Below are positions 8,120 through 16,893 of a stretch of DNA of 45,677 nucleotides, one piece after another. Numbering within the stretch: the stretch's first letter is position 1; every line of letters starts with the position of its first letter. The stretch comes from an uncultured Ruminococcus sp. GTDB taxonomy: Bacteria; Bacillota; Clostridia; Oscillospirales; CAG-272. Where the stretch lies: assembly GCA_902783905.1 (NCBI GenBank), contig CACZSP010000015.1, forward strand, positions 1-45,677. Direction: 5' to 3'. The notes under the pieces are model-generated. The model saw nothing but the letters and a program-made list of their open reading frames with translations. It did no database searches and had not been told where the DNA came from. Made by a program: the position numbers and the translations under genes.

Positions 8120-9916
8120 TCATTTCGACGTCACGGCGTCCTTTTCCGGACCGCAGGCGAGGATGACGGTGTTGACGACAGAGCGGGAGGAACCGTCGCT
8201 GGGTTTGTTGACCGTTTTGTACTCCCCGTCGATCAGATTGACCATTTCGGCCGATCCGCCGCCGTCGAGTATGAAGGCGGTGACGATGCCGAGACCGCGG
8301 CACAGCTTGTCAAGCATGCCGATCCTGATCCCTTTGCTCCAGTCGTCCTGCCTGCCGTCGTTGGTCAGCATGACCACGTTTCCGTTTTCCTTGATGCCGA
8401 GAACAGTCATCGGGTACTCGGTGTTGTTCGATACTCCCTGGGACTTGCCGTCGATAATGACCGGGATGTGTCCGCCGACGGCGTTCTGAACTCTCTGCCA
8501 GAAATCGTCGTGGCGCATCGAGTCGGTTATCTTCACGTCGATGGTGACGGTGTCGCCGACGGCAAATCCTTCGAGAGAATTCAGTCTTGAGCCTCTCGCC
8601 GTCAGTATGATCCGGTTCGGGATCATATCGTACTTCTGCCCGCCGGGCTCGGTCACGGCGGTGACTTTTCCCGACAGCGAGGCGCCGTGGCAGAATTTAT
8701 AATCGGCGTCGAAGTCGATGACGATCTCCCGCGCGTCGGAAAGCGAGTAGTTGGACTTTGCGTAAACGTCGGTGTAAACGACGAGAGCGTTGTTGGCGGG
8801 AAGTCGGTTGACCCCGTCGGCCGTCGTCGACAGATTCTTTTCGACGTCCTTTATCGTGACTTTGACCTGCGGGTTGCCGAGGCGCGCCTCGCCGTCGTCG
8901 GTTATGCCGAAGGAGTAGAAAGCACCTTCGTAAGGCGTTTCCTGCGTCATGTGGGCCGACGTGATGATCTCGCCGTCGTACATGTTGAAGCCGCGCGGAA
9001 CCGACAAAGGCTTTGTCACCACGTAGTCGCTGTAGTCCTTGTAGGTCGTCGTTCCTCCCTCGACCCGGGCGTGAGCGTAGCTCACCATCCACAGGTCTCC
9101 GTTGACAGCGGCGATGGTCTTCAGCCCTTCGGTGTTTTCCGAATTGTATTTTTCGAGGGTGCTCTTTACCGTCACCAGCTTTGCGGCGTAGTCTCCTCCG
9201 CAGGTGACGCGGAAATAGAGATCCGGCTGCTTGGGATCGAATTCGACGACGGTAAACTTCTGCAGACCGAATTCGGAGGTGCTCTTGAGCGAATAGAAGG
9301 TGGACGTGACTCCGGGATAGAGCTCGGTCACCTTATGGGCGCTCTCGTCCTCGTCAGCCAGATAAACGGTACGTTCACTCACCGGTATCTCCCCCTCGTA
9401 ATAATAGTCCGACGGAAACTCCGGACTGTCCGGAAGCGCCGAGACAAGGTAGCGGACGGCGGCGAGCGTCGCCTGGTCGCTGCCTCCGCATATCACCAGC
9501 TTGGTTCCGGACACTCCGATGGAATAGGCGTACTTGCCCTCGATCTTTCCGGACATTTCTCTCGATTCGTCCCGGTCGGCGTTCCCGAGGATTATCTCCT
9601 TCGCGGGAGCCGTCTCGCCTCCCCTGACGTTGAGCCAGTCGGTCTTCGGCGTGAGATCGAGTCCGTATTTTTCCTTTATCGCCGCCCTCAGCTCGGAAAG
9701 AGCCGTAATGACGGCGTTCGTCGTATTGTCGGGACGGACCACGAGATATTCCGCGTCGAGTTTCAGACCTTGATCCGGCTTTTCGGTCGCGGGTCCGGTC
9801 GGCTCCGCGGTCGCGGCGGCGCTTTCGGTCGTCGACTCGGGCGCATCACCGCCGCAGGCGGAAAAGGAAAGAAGGATAAGAGCGGCGGCAAGGAGCGCCG
9901 CTGTCGTTTTTTTCAT
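8120..9916 (-). CDS. Phosphodiester glycosidase (NAGPA/DUF2233-like) family lipoprotein
   Basis: 598 aa. Lipobox LLSFSAC-GG. AAVNGDLW and AFILDGGGSAEMV resemble the conserved blocks of the phosphodiester glycosidase domain. Confidence 0.6.
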   Translation of the reverse strand: MKKTTAALLAAALILLSFSACGGDAPESTTESAAATAEPTGPATEKPDQGLKLDAEYLVVRPDNTTNAVITALSELRAAIKEKYGLDLTPKTDWLNVRGGETAPAKEIILGNADRDESREMSGKIEGKYAYSIGVSGTKLVICGGSDQATLAAVRYLVSALPDSPEFPSDYYYEGEIPVSERTVYLADEDESAHKVTELYPGVTSTFYSLKSTSEFGLQKFTVVEFDPKQPDLYFRVTCGGDYAAKLVTVKSTLEKYNSENTEGLKTIAAVNGDLWMVSYAHARVEGGTTTYKDYSDYVVTKPLSVPRGFNMYDGEIITSAHMTQETPYEGAFYSFGITDDGEARLGNPQVKVTIKDVEKNLSTTADGVNRLPANNALVVYTDVYAKSNYSLSDAREIVIDFDADYKFCHGASLSGKVTAVTEPGGQKYDMIPNRIILTARGSRLNSLEGFAVGDTVTIDVKITDSMRHDDFWQRVQNAVGGHIPVIIDGKSQGVSNNTEYPMTVLGIKENGNVVMLTNDGRQDDWSKGIRIGMLDKLCRGLGIVTAFILDGGGSAEMVNLIDGEYKTVNKPSDGSSRSVVNTVILACGPEKDAVTSK

Positions 9917-9919
9917 AAT

Positions 9920-10849
9920 TCAGTTGCCTTTGATCTTTTCTATAAAGACTCTGCCGGTCTCGGCGATCAGCTGCAGCCACGGGCGGGCCATCCTGCTCTC
10001 GGGCATGCGGTTCTTGCCGTACTGACGGAAGGTCTCGAAATCGATGTCGCCGTCGTAACCGATCTCGCGGACGGCGCGGCAGAAGCCCTCCCAGTCGACC
10101 GTTCCGGTATAGGGGGCGAGATGAAGGTCGCTCTTGCCGTCGTTGTCGTGGATGTGGAACGCCTTGATGCGGCTTCCGAGCGCCTTTATGTATCCGTACT
10201 GGTTGCGTCCGCATATATTGAGATGCCCGGTATCGACGCATATACCGAAGACTTCCTTCCCCGCCTTTTCGTTGAGACGGTCGATATAGGCGGTCGCTTC
10301 GTGAGGATCCGAGCAGTGTCCGGCGTAGATGGTCCCGTCGTATCCCGAGAAAAGATTTTCAAGGCAGCAGACGACGTCGGTCTCTTTGAGCGTATCGATC
10401 AGCCCCTCGTACAGACGGTCGTTGACCCGGTCTATGTCCTCCTGGGTGTGCTTTTTGTCGTCGCGCGTGAGCGTCACGCCGTGGACTACGAGGCGGCGGC
10501 AGCCGATCTCCTGACAGAAGAGTATGCACTTTTTGTGTATCTCAACGCAGAAATCGGTGAATTCCGGGATGTCCTTCATATATGACGGGAAGGGAGAGTG
10601 CGCCTGATAGACGTAAAGTCCCGCGTTCTTTATGGCGTTCAGTTCTCTTTCGAAATGCGCCATTATCTCGGGCATGCTCCGCTCGAATATGCAGAGCCCC
10701 TCGTTCATGTGAGCGCGCATGACGTTGCGGTCGAATTCGGTGTCGATGTTGAGATCGATAGACGAAAAACCGAGATCGGCGAGGAGACGGTAGCCCTCCT
10801 CGAGACTGTAGTGGCCGAAAACGCCGCCGGACTGGATACAAAGATTCAT
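9920..10849 (-). CDS. Sugar phosphate isomerase/epimerase (xylose-isomerase-like TIM barrel)
   Basis: 309 aa. FHIHDNDGKSDLHLAPYTGTVDW and CLENL are typical metal-site blocks of this fold. Starts with an ATGA overlap on the upstream gene. Confidence 0.75.
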   Translation of the reverse strand: MNLCIQSGGVFGHYSLEEGYRLLADLGFSSIDLNIDTEFDRNVMRAHMNEGLCIFERSMPEIMAHFERELNAIKNAGLYVYQAHSPFPSYMKDIPEFTDFCVEIHKKCILFCQEIGCRRLVVHGVTLTRDDKKHTQEDIDRVNDRLYEGLIDTLKETDVVCCLENLFSGYDGTIYAGHCSDPHEATAYIDRLNEKAGKEVFGICVDTGHLNICGRNQYGYIKALGSRIKAFHIHDNDGKSDLHLAPYTGTVDWEGFCRAVREIGYDGDIDFETFRQYGKNRMPESRMARPWLQLIAETGRVFIEKIKGN

Positions 10850-11796
10850 AGCTCTTTCTCCTTGATATTTGTTACCGCCCCGAGCCGGAAAAGCCCGCCG
10901 AGCGGTTTTGAATTCGTGTTCACGTACAGCTCCCCGTGCCAGAAGGCGCAGGACTCGATCTCCTCGGCGGCAAGCGCCGACGCGGAAAGATCGATCGAGG
11001 CGAGCAGGCGCCTCTCTTTTATCCCGTACACCCTGACCGCGTCGGGGTAGTGATCCTTCCCGGCGCCGAAAGTGTAAATAATCCTTCCGTCCGCAAGAAG
11101 TCCGCCCTGTGTGAAGACGGCGTCGTACGGGTAGAGAGTCTGATCGAGAATATCCCCTGCTTTAAGAACGGTGAGACCTCCGTCCGCCGGATCGGGCAGA
11201 CGGAATTTCGTAAGGATATAGCTGTTTTTATCGTAGAGATGAAAAAAATCCTTCGTCGTGCGGTAGCGCGCCGAAAAAATATAAATAAACCCGTTTTCCG
11301 GGTCGGGGAACCACGCGGGGCACCCCCAGGCCGGTTCTTCGCATCCCGGGGGAAGCGGATCTCCGGCAAGGTAGGATACCGTCCGGAGCGTGCGGGCCGT
11401 GCCGCCCGTCACCCGTCCGCCTTCGCGGGTCAGCGTTATTTCCTCCGCCGAGCACCTGTAAAAGAAGCCGTCGGCGTCGGAGCCGGTGCCGGCGCCCGAC
11501 GTCACCCAAAGAAGCGGAAGTCCTCCCGCCCGCCGCGGACCGGCAAACATGCACTGGTTCGAGTGATTCTTGTAATTTCTGTCCGGCACTCCCTCGTTGT
11601 ACGATCCCAGAGGGAAGACGCAAAGCGGCTCGGGGGAGCGGGAAACGGGATCGAAAACGGCGCAGAGTCCGGTATCGAAAAGCTGGAAAACAAGGTCGTC
11701 CAGTATCGCCATTCCCTGAAAGGCGTGACCCTGCCGCTCCATCCGCATATATTCCGCGGCGCAGTCGCCGCCGATTTTCAACACGTCGTTATCCAT
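10846..11796 (-). CDS. Hypothetical protein (no motif recognised)
   Basis: 316-aa ORF with normal composition, translationally coupled on both sides (3-nt gap to cls, 4-nt overlap downstream). No signal peptide or TM segment seen. Confidence 0.5.
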   Translation of the reverse strand: MDNDVLKIGGDCAAEYMRMERQGHAFQGMAILDDLVFQLFDTGLCAVFDPVSRSPEPLCVFPLGSYNEGVPDRNYKNHSNQCMFAGPRRAGGLPLLWVTSGAGTGSDADGFFYRCSAEEITLTREGGRVTGGTARTLRTVSYLAGDPLPPGCEEPAWGCPAWFPDPENGFIYIFSARYRTTKDFFHLYDKNSYILTKFRLPDPADGGLTVLKAGDILDQTLYPYDAVFTQGGLLADGRIIYTFGAGKDHYPDAVRVYGIKERRLLASIDLSASALAAEEIESCAFWHGELYVNTNSKPLGGLFRLGAVTNIKEKEL

Positions 11797-11799
11797 TGT

Positions 11800-13350
11800 T
11801 CAGAGAAGTTCGGCAAACAGCCGCAGAAACATCTGTCCGAAGGAAAGAAAGCGGTTCTTCCCCTCCCTGTACTCTCCGGTGACCTCGTCGCTTTCCTCCA
11901 TCGTCGAGAGGAAATCTTTCTTTATTTCGTCAATGACGGGAGTGCAGACCATAAAAACGTTGTTTTCAAAATGATGGTAAAGACTGCGGTAATCGAGATT
12001 GATCGTCCCGCATGTCGCCATACAACCGTCCACGATGCACATTTTCGCGTGGCAGAAACCCGGGGTCCACTGAAAAATCCTCACTCCGTCCTTAACGAGA
12101 TGAGTGTAAAAAGAACAGGTAACTTTGAATATCAGCTTCTTGTCTGGAATGCCCGGGGTTATTATCCGCACGTCCACTCCTCTTTTTGCCGCGAGACGGA
12201 GGGCGTGCTCCATCTCGTCGGTTATTATGAGATATGGCGTCATGAACCAGCAGTACTCCCGCGCCGAGTTGACGAGATTGATGTATACCTCCTCGCCCAC
12301 GTGCTCGCTGTCGAGCGGGCTGTCGGCGTAGGGCTGGAAAAATCCTCCCGCCACCGACGTGCGCGCCGGAGGCGGCAGAAAGCGCCCGATGTCCTCTTCG
12401 GCCCCGTCTATCGCCTTCCACATCTCGAAAAAGGTGACGGTCAGACTGTTAACGGCATCCCCGAAAAGGCATATTCCGGTGTCCTTCCACCTGCCGTACG
12501 GGCTGTCGATATTAAAATACTCGTTTGCGATATTGTATCCGCCGGTAAACCCGATAACTCCGTCGATAACCGTGATTTTGCGGTGATCGCGATTGTTGAG
12601 GAAAAGACTTCTGCCCAGATGGAAGGGATTGAAGATCCTGCATTTTATCCCAAGCAGCTCCATCTCCTCGGCAAAGTCGGTGTTTACGAAGCCGATGCTG
12701 CCCATATCGTCGTAAATGACTCTGACGTCGACTCCGGCTGCGCATCTGTCGGTCAGCACGTCGCGGACCCGGCTCCAGCTTTCCTTGTTTTCTATCGCGT
12801 GATATTCAAGGAAGATAAAGCTTTCGGCCTTCGCCATGGCCTCGATCTGGGCGTCGAACGCCTCCTTCGCGTCGGAAAAATAGACGGCGTCGGTGCCCCG
12901 CCGGACGGGATAGCCGGAGCAGCCGGTCAGGTATCTCGAAATCGCCGCGGCTTCGGGGCACGCTTCGGCAAGAGCGGCCGCGTCGGACGGGTTTTCCGTC
13001 ATATAAGGCATTATCTCGCCGTCGATCCGCTCGTATTTCCTCTTCATCTTTTTTACCGAGGGATTGAATATGACGAGCAGATAAAGGACCATGCCGACCA
13101 CCGGGAAAACCATTATCAGAAGGATCCACGGAGTTTTGATCGCGGAAATGCTGTCCTTCGAATAGATCATCAGAACGAAGAAAAGCGCGATTATCGAGGT
13201 GCCCGCCTCTATCCAGCGCGCAATTCCGCTCAGCCAGGTGAAAAGACTGATGATGAACAGCGCCTGAAGGATAACGGACAGACAGACGATCGCCATACGA
13301 AGTATGCCGTTCTTGCTTTCGTTCTTTTGTTCGGATTTGTTAGTGTTCAT
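11800..13350 (-). CDS. cls: Cardiolipin synthase-type phospholipase D family enzyme
   Basis: 516 aa. N-terminal TM helices and two HKD motifs (DHRKITVIDG and CHAKMCIVDG). Confidence 0.85.
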   Translation of the reverse strand: MNTNKSEQKNESKNGILRMAIVCLSVILQALFIISLFTWLSGIARWIEAGTSIIALFFVLMIYSKDSISAIKTPWILLIMVFPVVGMVLYLLVIFNPSVKKMKRKYERIDGEIMPYMTENPSDAAALAEACPEAAAISRYLTGCSGYPVRRGTDAVYFSDAKEAFDAQIEAMAKAESFIFLEYHAIENKESWSRVRDVLTDRCAAGVDVRVIYDDMGSIGFVNTDFAEEMELLGIKCRIFNPFHLGRSLFLNNRDHRKITVIDGVIGFTGGYNIANEYFNIDSPYGRWKDTGICLFGDAVNSLTVTFFEMWKAIDGAEEDIGRFLPPPARTSVAGGFFQPYADSPLDSEHVGEEVYINLVNSAREYCWFMTPYLIITDEMEHALRLAAKRGVDVRIITPGIPDKKLIFKVTCSFYTHLVKDGVRIFQWTPGFCHAKMCIVDGCMATCGTINLDYRSLYHHFENNVFMVCTPVIDEIKKDFLSTMEESDEVTGEYREGKNRFLSFGQMFLRLFAELL

Positions 13351-13401
13351 TGAAGGTCCCCTTTGTCAGCGCCGCGCGCGAATGCCCGGCGCGGACGCGC
13401 T

Positions 13402-14418
13402 TCAGTGAAGCTGATCGAAGAAAAACGCGTTGGAATTCGCGTGTTTTCCCTGCGCGTCGATCACGTCGACACGCACCCAGTCGAATTCGTCTCTGAGTTT
13501 GAAATCGGCGGCTGTCACCGGAACTCCGTCCCGGATGAGCGCGCACTGCGCGGATCTGATGCCGTAAATGACGTTGACCCTGACGGCTTCGGAGCAGCCG
13601 ACGTGAAGCACTCCGTCCTCGTACCAGAGTTCTCTGATCTCGGGTCCCGTGGACGCGTAAAAATTCCCCTTTTCAAGGGCGGACGTCAGAGCGCGGTACT
13701 CGAGTTTTTCGGCTTTTATCACCGTCCATCCGCCGAGCGAATCGCATTCGGGATCGCCCTCCGGGTGCTTGTTGTGGTTGTCGTCGGTGGCTATGCAGAA
13801 AATGCGCTTGCCCCCGCGGAGCATATCGTCGTAGACGCGGTCGTTGTAGTCGTTGTATCCCATGGAGAGACAGCTGTTGTTTGCTATCTCCATGGCGTTC
13901 ATGCCCTCGTATTTCATGTAGTCGCCGAAGTTCTCACGGGACCAGCTCGGATGGTTGTAGGTCACGAAATATCCGGCGTCCCTCGCCGCCTTAATCATAG
14001 TGTTGACGCACTCCGGGGTGTACTCGCGGACGAAGCGGATGCAGTCGGGATCGTAATCGGCCATAAAGAGGTTGTTTACGTACTTTTTGTTGATATATTC
14101 CTCCGAAAAACAGGGCGGATTCGGGGCGTCCTCCTCAAGCGAAACGAGGCAGAAATGGCAGGTCTTGAACTGCTTTCCGGGATATCCCGGCTGGTTTACG
14201 TTGTATTCGACGCCGATCAGCGGGATAAATCTATCGTCCTTGAGTTCGGGATGGGTCACCTGCATGTTGTGATCGGTGAAGGCGACGGCGGAATATCCGT
14301 GCCTTACGTAAAGATCCTTTACCTGGGCTGGAGTGAGACGCCCGTCGGATACGGTGGTGTGGCAGTGCAGATTGACCTTGTAAAAGCTGCCTTTTTCCGG
14401 AAGAAGATATTTTCTCAT
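13402..14418 (-). CDS. PHP-domain metal-dependent phosphoesterase
   Basis: 338 aa. VNLHCHTTVSDG and AVAFTDHN are the N-terminal PHP His/Asp motifs. Confidence 0.7.
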   Translation of the reverse strand: MRKYLLPEKGSFYKVNLHCHTTVSDGRLTPAQVKDLYVRHGYSAVAFTDHNMQVTHPELKDDRFIPLIGVEYNVNQPGYPGKQFKTCHFCLVSLEEDAPNPPCFSEEYINKKYVNNLFMADYDPDCIRFVREYTPECVNTMIKAARDAGYFVTYNHPSWSRENFGDYMKYEGMNAMEIANNSCLSMGYNDYNDRVYDDMLRGGKRIFCIATDDNHNKHPEGDPECDSLGGWTVIKAEKLEYRALTSALEKGNFYASTGPEIRELWYEDGVLHVGCSEAVRVNVIYGIRSAQCALIRDGVPVTAADFKLRDEFDWVRVDVIDAQGKHANSNAFFFDQLH

Positions 14419-14454
14419 ATCGTTGCCTTTCTGATTCGGAGCCGTCTGAAATAA

Positions 14455-15177
14455 TCAGTATTCGGTTCCGGTTATATACATTTTTACCTTTTGTCCGCCG
14501 GCGTGAAGATGTCCGACGTCACCGTAAGTCAGCAGATACGGCAGACAGGGTATGCCGTCCTCTCTTTTTTCGGCGGCGAACTCGAGGACGGTCACGCCGG
14601 TGAAATTGGACATCACGGTCGACGCGATATACTGCATCGGAACGTTCAGCAGGTGCGAAAGCAGCATCCGCATCATCCCGACGTGACAGAAAAGAGCGAC
14701 GCGCTCACCGTTCGGAGAGACCGGATCGTAAAAACCGTCCTCCGTCCGCTCGTAACCGAGGCGCGAAAGAAGTCCGTCGATCCCGGCGGCGATCTTTTCG
14801 TATTTTCTCTGATATCCGCCGTCGTTGAGACCGTCGACCAGCTCGAAGCTGTCTTTCATTCCGATCTCACGGGTGCGCGGCGTGTTGATCAGCGCCGGCT
14901 GAAGGCGGGCGACGTTGTGCGGATATCCGTAAGGGTAGAGCGTCATGCAGGTCTCGTCAGTCTCGGTCGCCCACTCTTCGATTCCGACGGGAAGTCCCGA
15001 CATCCTCGACAGCGGCTGCGCCGTCTCGATCGCCCGTCCCATCGGGGACGAGAAAATCCTGTCTATTCCGACGGAGTTGAGCCGTTTTCCTACGAGCTCC
15101 GCCTGTTCGATACCCTCAGGAAGGAGAGTGTCGGTTTTGTAGTCGGGTCTGCCGTGTCTGATAATATAAAGAATCAT
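14455..15177 (-). CDS. Histidine phosphatase (phosphoglycerate-mutase-like) family protein
   Basis: 240 aa. Starts MILYIIRHGRPDY (RHG catalytic motif), with a later FCHVGMM His block. Confidence 0.8.
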   Translation of the reverse strand: MILYIIRHGRPDYKTDTLLPEGIEQAELVGKRLNSVGIDRIFSSPMGRAIETAQPLSRMSGLPVGIEEWATETDETCMTLYPYGYPHNVARLQPALINTPRTREIGMKDSFELVDGLNDGGYQRKYEKIAAGIDGLLSRLGYERTEDGFYDPVSPNGERVALFCHVGMMRMLLSHLLNVPMQYIASTVMSNFTGVTVLEFAAEKREDGIPCLPYLLTYGDVGHLHAGGQKVKMYITGTEY

Positions 15178-15206
15178 AAAACGTCCCTGAAAGAAAATAT
15201 TATAAT

Positions 15207-15235
15207 ATTATACATTTCATCGCCGCGTTTGTCAA
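15207..15235 (-). promoter_or_regulatory. SigA-type promoter of the phosphoesterase operon
   Basis: Minus strand reads TTGACA (15235-15230), exactly 17 nt, then TATAAT (15212-15207). The -35 hexamer contains the TGA stop (15234-15232) of the GH13 gene. Confidence 0.65.
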
Positions 15236-16893
15236 CAGCGTTCGATCGAAACCCGGTCGCCGTCGACGGTCAGCGAGACGCGCCGGGCCGAGTCAAAACG
15301 GCTGACGGTCAGTATTCCGCCATCCGCCGAAACCGAAACGTCGCCGTGCGAAAGGAGCGGTTCCTCCCGCCGCAGGGAAAGATATTTTGCGTATATCTCC
15401 CGGAAGGGTCCGCCGTCTTCCGGGAAGGAGAAGAAGGCGCGGTTGAAGGGGTCGGCGCCTCCGCTCATCCCGGTCTCGTCTCCGTAATAAACACACATGA
15501 TCCCCGGCAGAAACGCCTGCATCGCCGCCGCCTTTTCAAAGGCGGAAAGCGAATCTCCGAGAGCGGTCCTGATGCGCGGTATATCGTGAGACGAAAGGAA
15601 CACGGTGGAACAGAAAAGCGCGTCGCGCGGGTAGTTCTCGATTATCGCGGTCACGGCATATTCGAACTCCTCCGCGGATATCCTGCCCGCGGCAAAATCC
15701 GCGACGGCGTTGCGGAAGGGATAGTTCATGACCCCGTCCAGCTCGCCTCCGGTGAAGTATTCTCTTCGCTTTCCGTAACTGATCTTGTTCGAAGCGTCCT
15801 CCCAGACCTCTCCGATGAGAAGTCCGTCCTCCCTGCACGCCTTCACCCTGCGCCGCACGGCACGGATGAATTCGTCTGGCAGCTCGTCGGCCACGTCAAG
15901 CCGGAAGCCGGCGGCTCCGAGTCTCATCCATTTCTCGATCACCCCGCCCTCTCCGGTTATGAACTCCAGATATGAGGGCTCGGTCTCGTTTACGCAGGGG
16001 AGACTTTTCACGTCCCACCAGCAGACGCAGTCGTCGGGATAGCGCCTGAATTCGTACCATTTGCGGTAAGGCGACTCCGGATCGCTCACGGCGTCGCGGA
16101 AATAGACCGAATCCGAACCGGTATGGGAAAAAACCCCGTCGAGAATTACCGATATGCCTCTTTTTTCCGCCTCGCGGCAGAGGGCCGAAAAATCCTCCTT
16201 GGTCCCCAGCATCGGGTCGCACTCAAGAAAATCGGCAACGTCGTAGCGGTGGTTCGAACGCGCTTTGAATATCGGATTCAGATATAAGATATCCGCTCCA
16301 AGCCCGGCTATGTAATCGAGTTTTTCTGTTATTCCCCGGAAATTTCCCCCGAAAAAGTCGGCGTTCCAGGTGCCGTCGGGATCGGGCTGCGGGTCGGGAG
16401 GTTCCGACGCCGACCGGTGAACCCGGAAGGGCTTCATTTTTCCTTCGGTGATCACTTTTCCGCCGACGGCGAATCTGTCGGGGAAGATCTGATACATCAT
16501 CCGGCCGCAGAATCCGCGGGGAACGGCATAATCCTCCGCAAAACAGGTGATCTGCCAGCGCTCCCCCGCCTCCATGTTCGTGTCGTGAAGCCCCTCGCGG
16601 TAAAGCCGGAACTCTCCGTCCGGCTTCACTATCCGGAAGCGGTACCGGTAAATTCCCCTTTCGTAAAGGGTGAACCCGAAGGAAAACCGGACGTATCCCG
16701 CTTCCGGCTCCTCTTTTTTCGCCGGAACCGTAAGGACGAGTCCGTCGTCTCTTTCGATCTCGGCGAACGCCTCTTTCGCGGGGCAGGAGACGGGGACCTT
16801 CACCGTCAGCCGCAGGACGGTCTTTTCGCGAACGGCTCCGAAGGGCTCGCGGTACTCCGCCGAAAAGCTGTCGTGGAGAATCCGGTCAGACAT
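15232..16893 (-). CDS. Glycoside hydrolase family 13 alpha-glucan hydrolase (neopullulanase/amylase-like)
   Basis: 553 aa. GH13 regions GADILYLNPIF..HRYDVADF, ILDGVFSHTG, GFRLDVADE, GEVWED and FLSSHD. 8-nt overlap with glgP. Confidence 0.8.
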   Translation of the reverse strand: MSDRILHDSFSAEYREPFGAVREKTVLRLTVKVPVSCPAKEAFAEIERDDGLVLTVPAKKEEPEAGYVRFSFGFTLYERGIYRYRFRIVKPDGEFRLYREGLHDTNMEAGERWQITCFAEDYAVPRGFCGRMMYQIFPDRFAVGGKVITEGKMKPFRVHRSASEPPDPQPDPDGTWNADFFGGNFRGITEKLDYIAGLGADILYLNPIFKARSNHRYDVADFLECDPMLGTKEDFSALCREAEKRGISVILDGVFSHTGSDSVYFRDAVSDPESPYRKWYEFRRYPDDCVCWWDVKSLPCVNETEPSYLEFITGEGGVIEKWMRLGAAGFRLDVADELPDEFIRAVRRRVKACREDGLLIGEVWEDASNKISYGKRREYFTGGELDGVMNYPFRNAVADFAAGRISAEEFEYAVTAIIENYPRDALFCSTVFLSSHDIPRIRTALGDSLSAFEKAAAMQAFLPGIMCVYYGDETGMSGGADPFNRAFFSFPEDGGPFREIYAKYLSLRREEPLLSHGDVSVSADGGILTVSRFDSARRVSLTVDGDRVSIERC

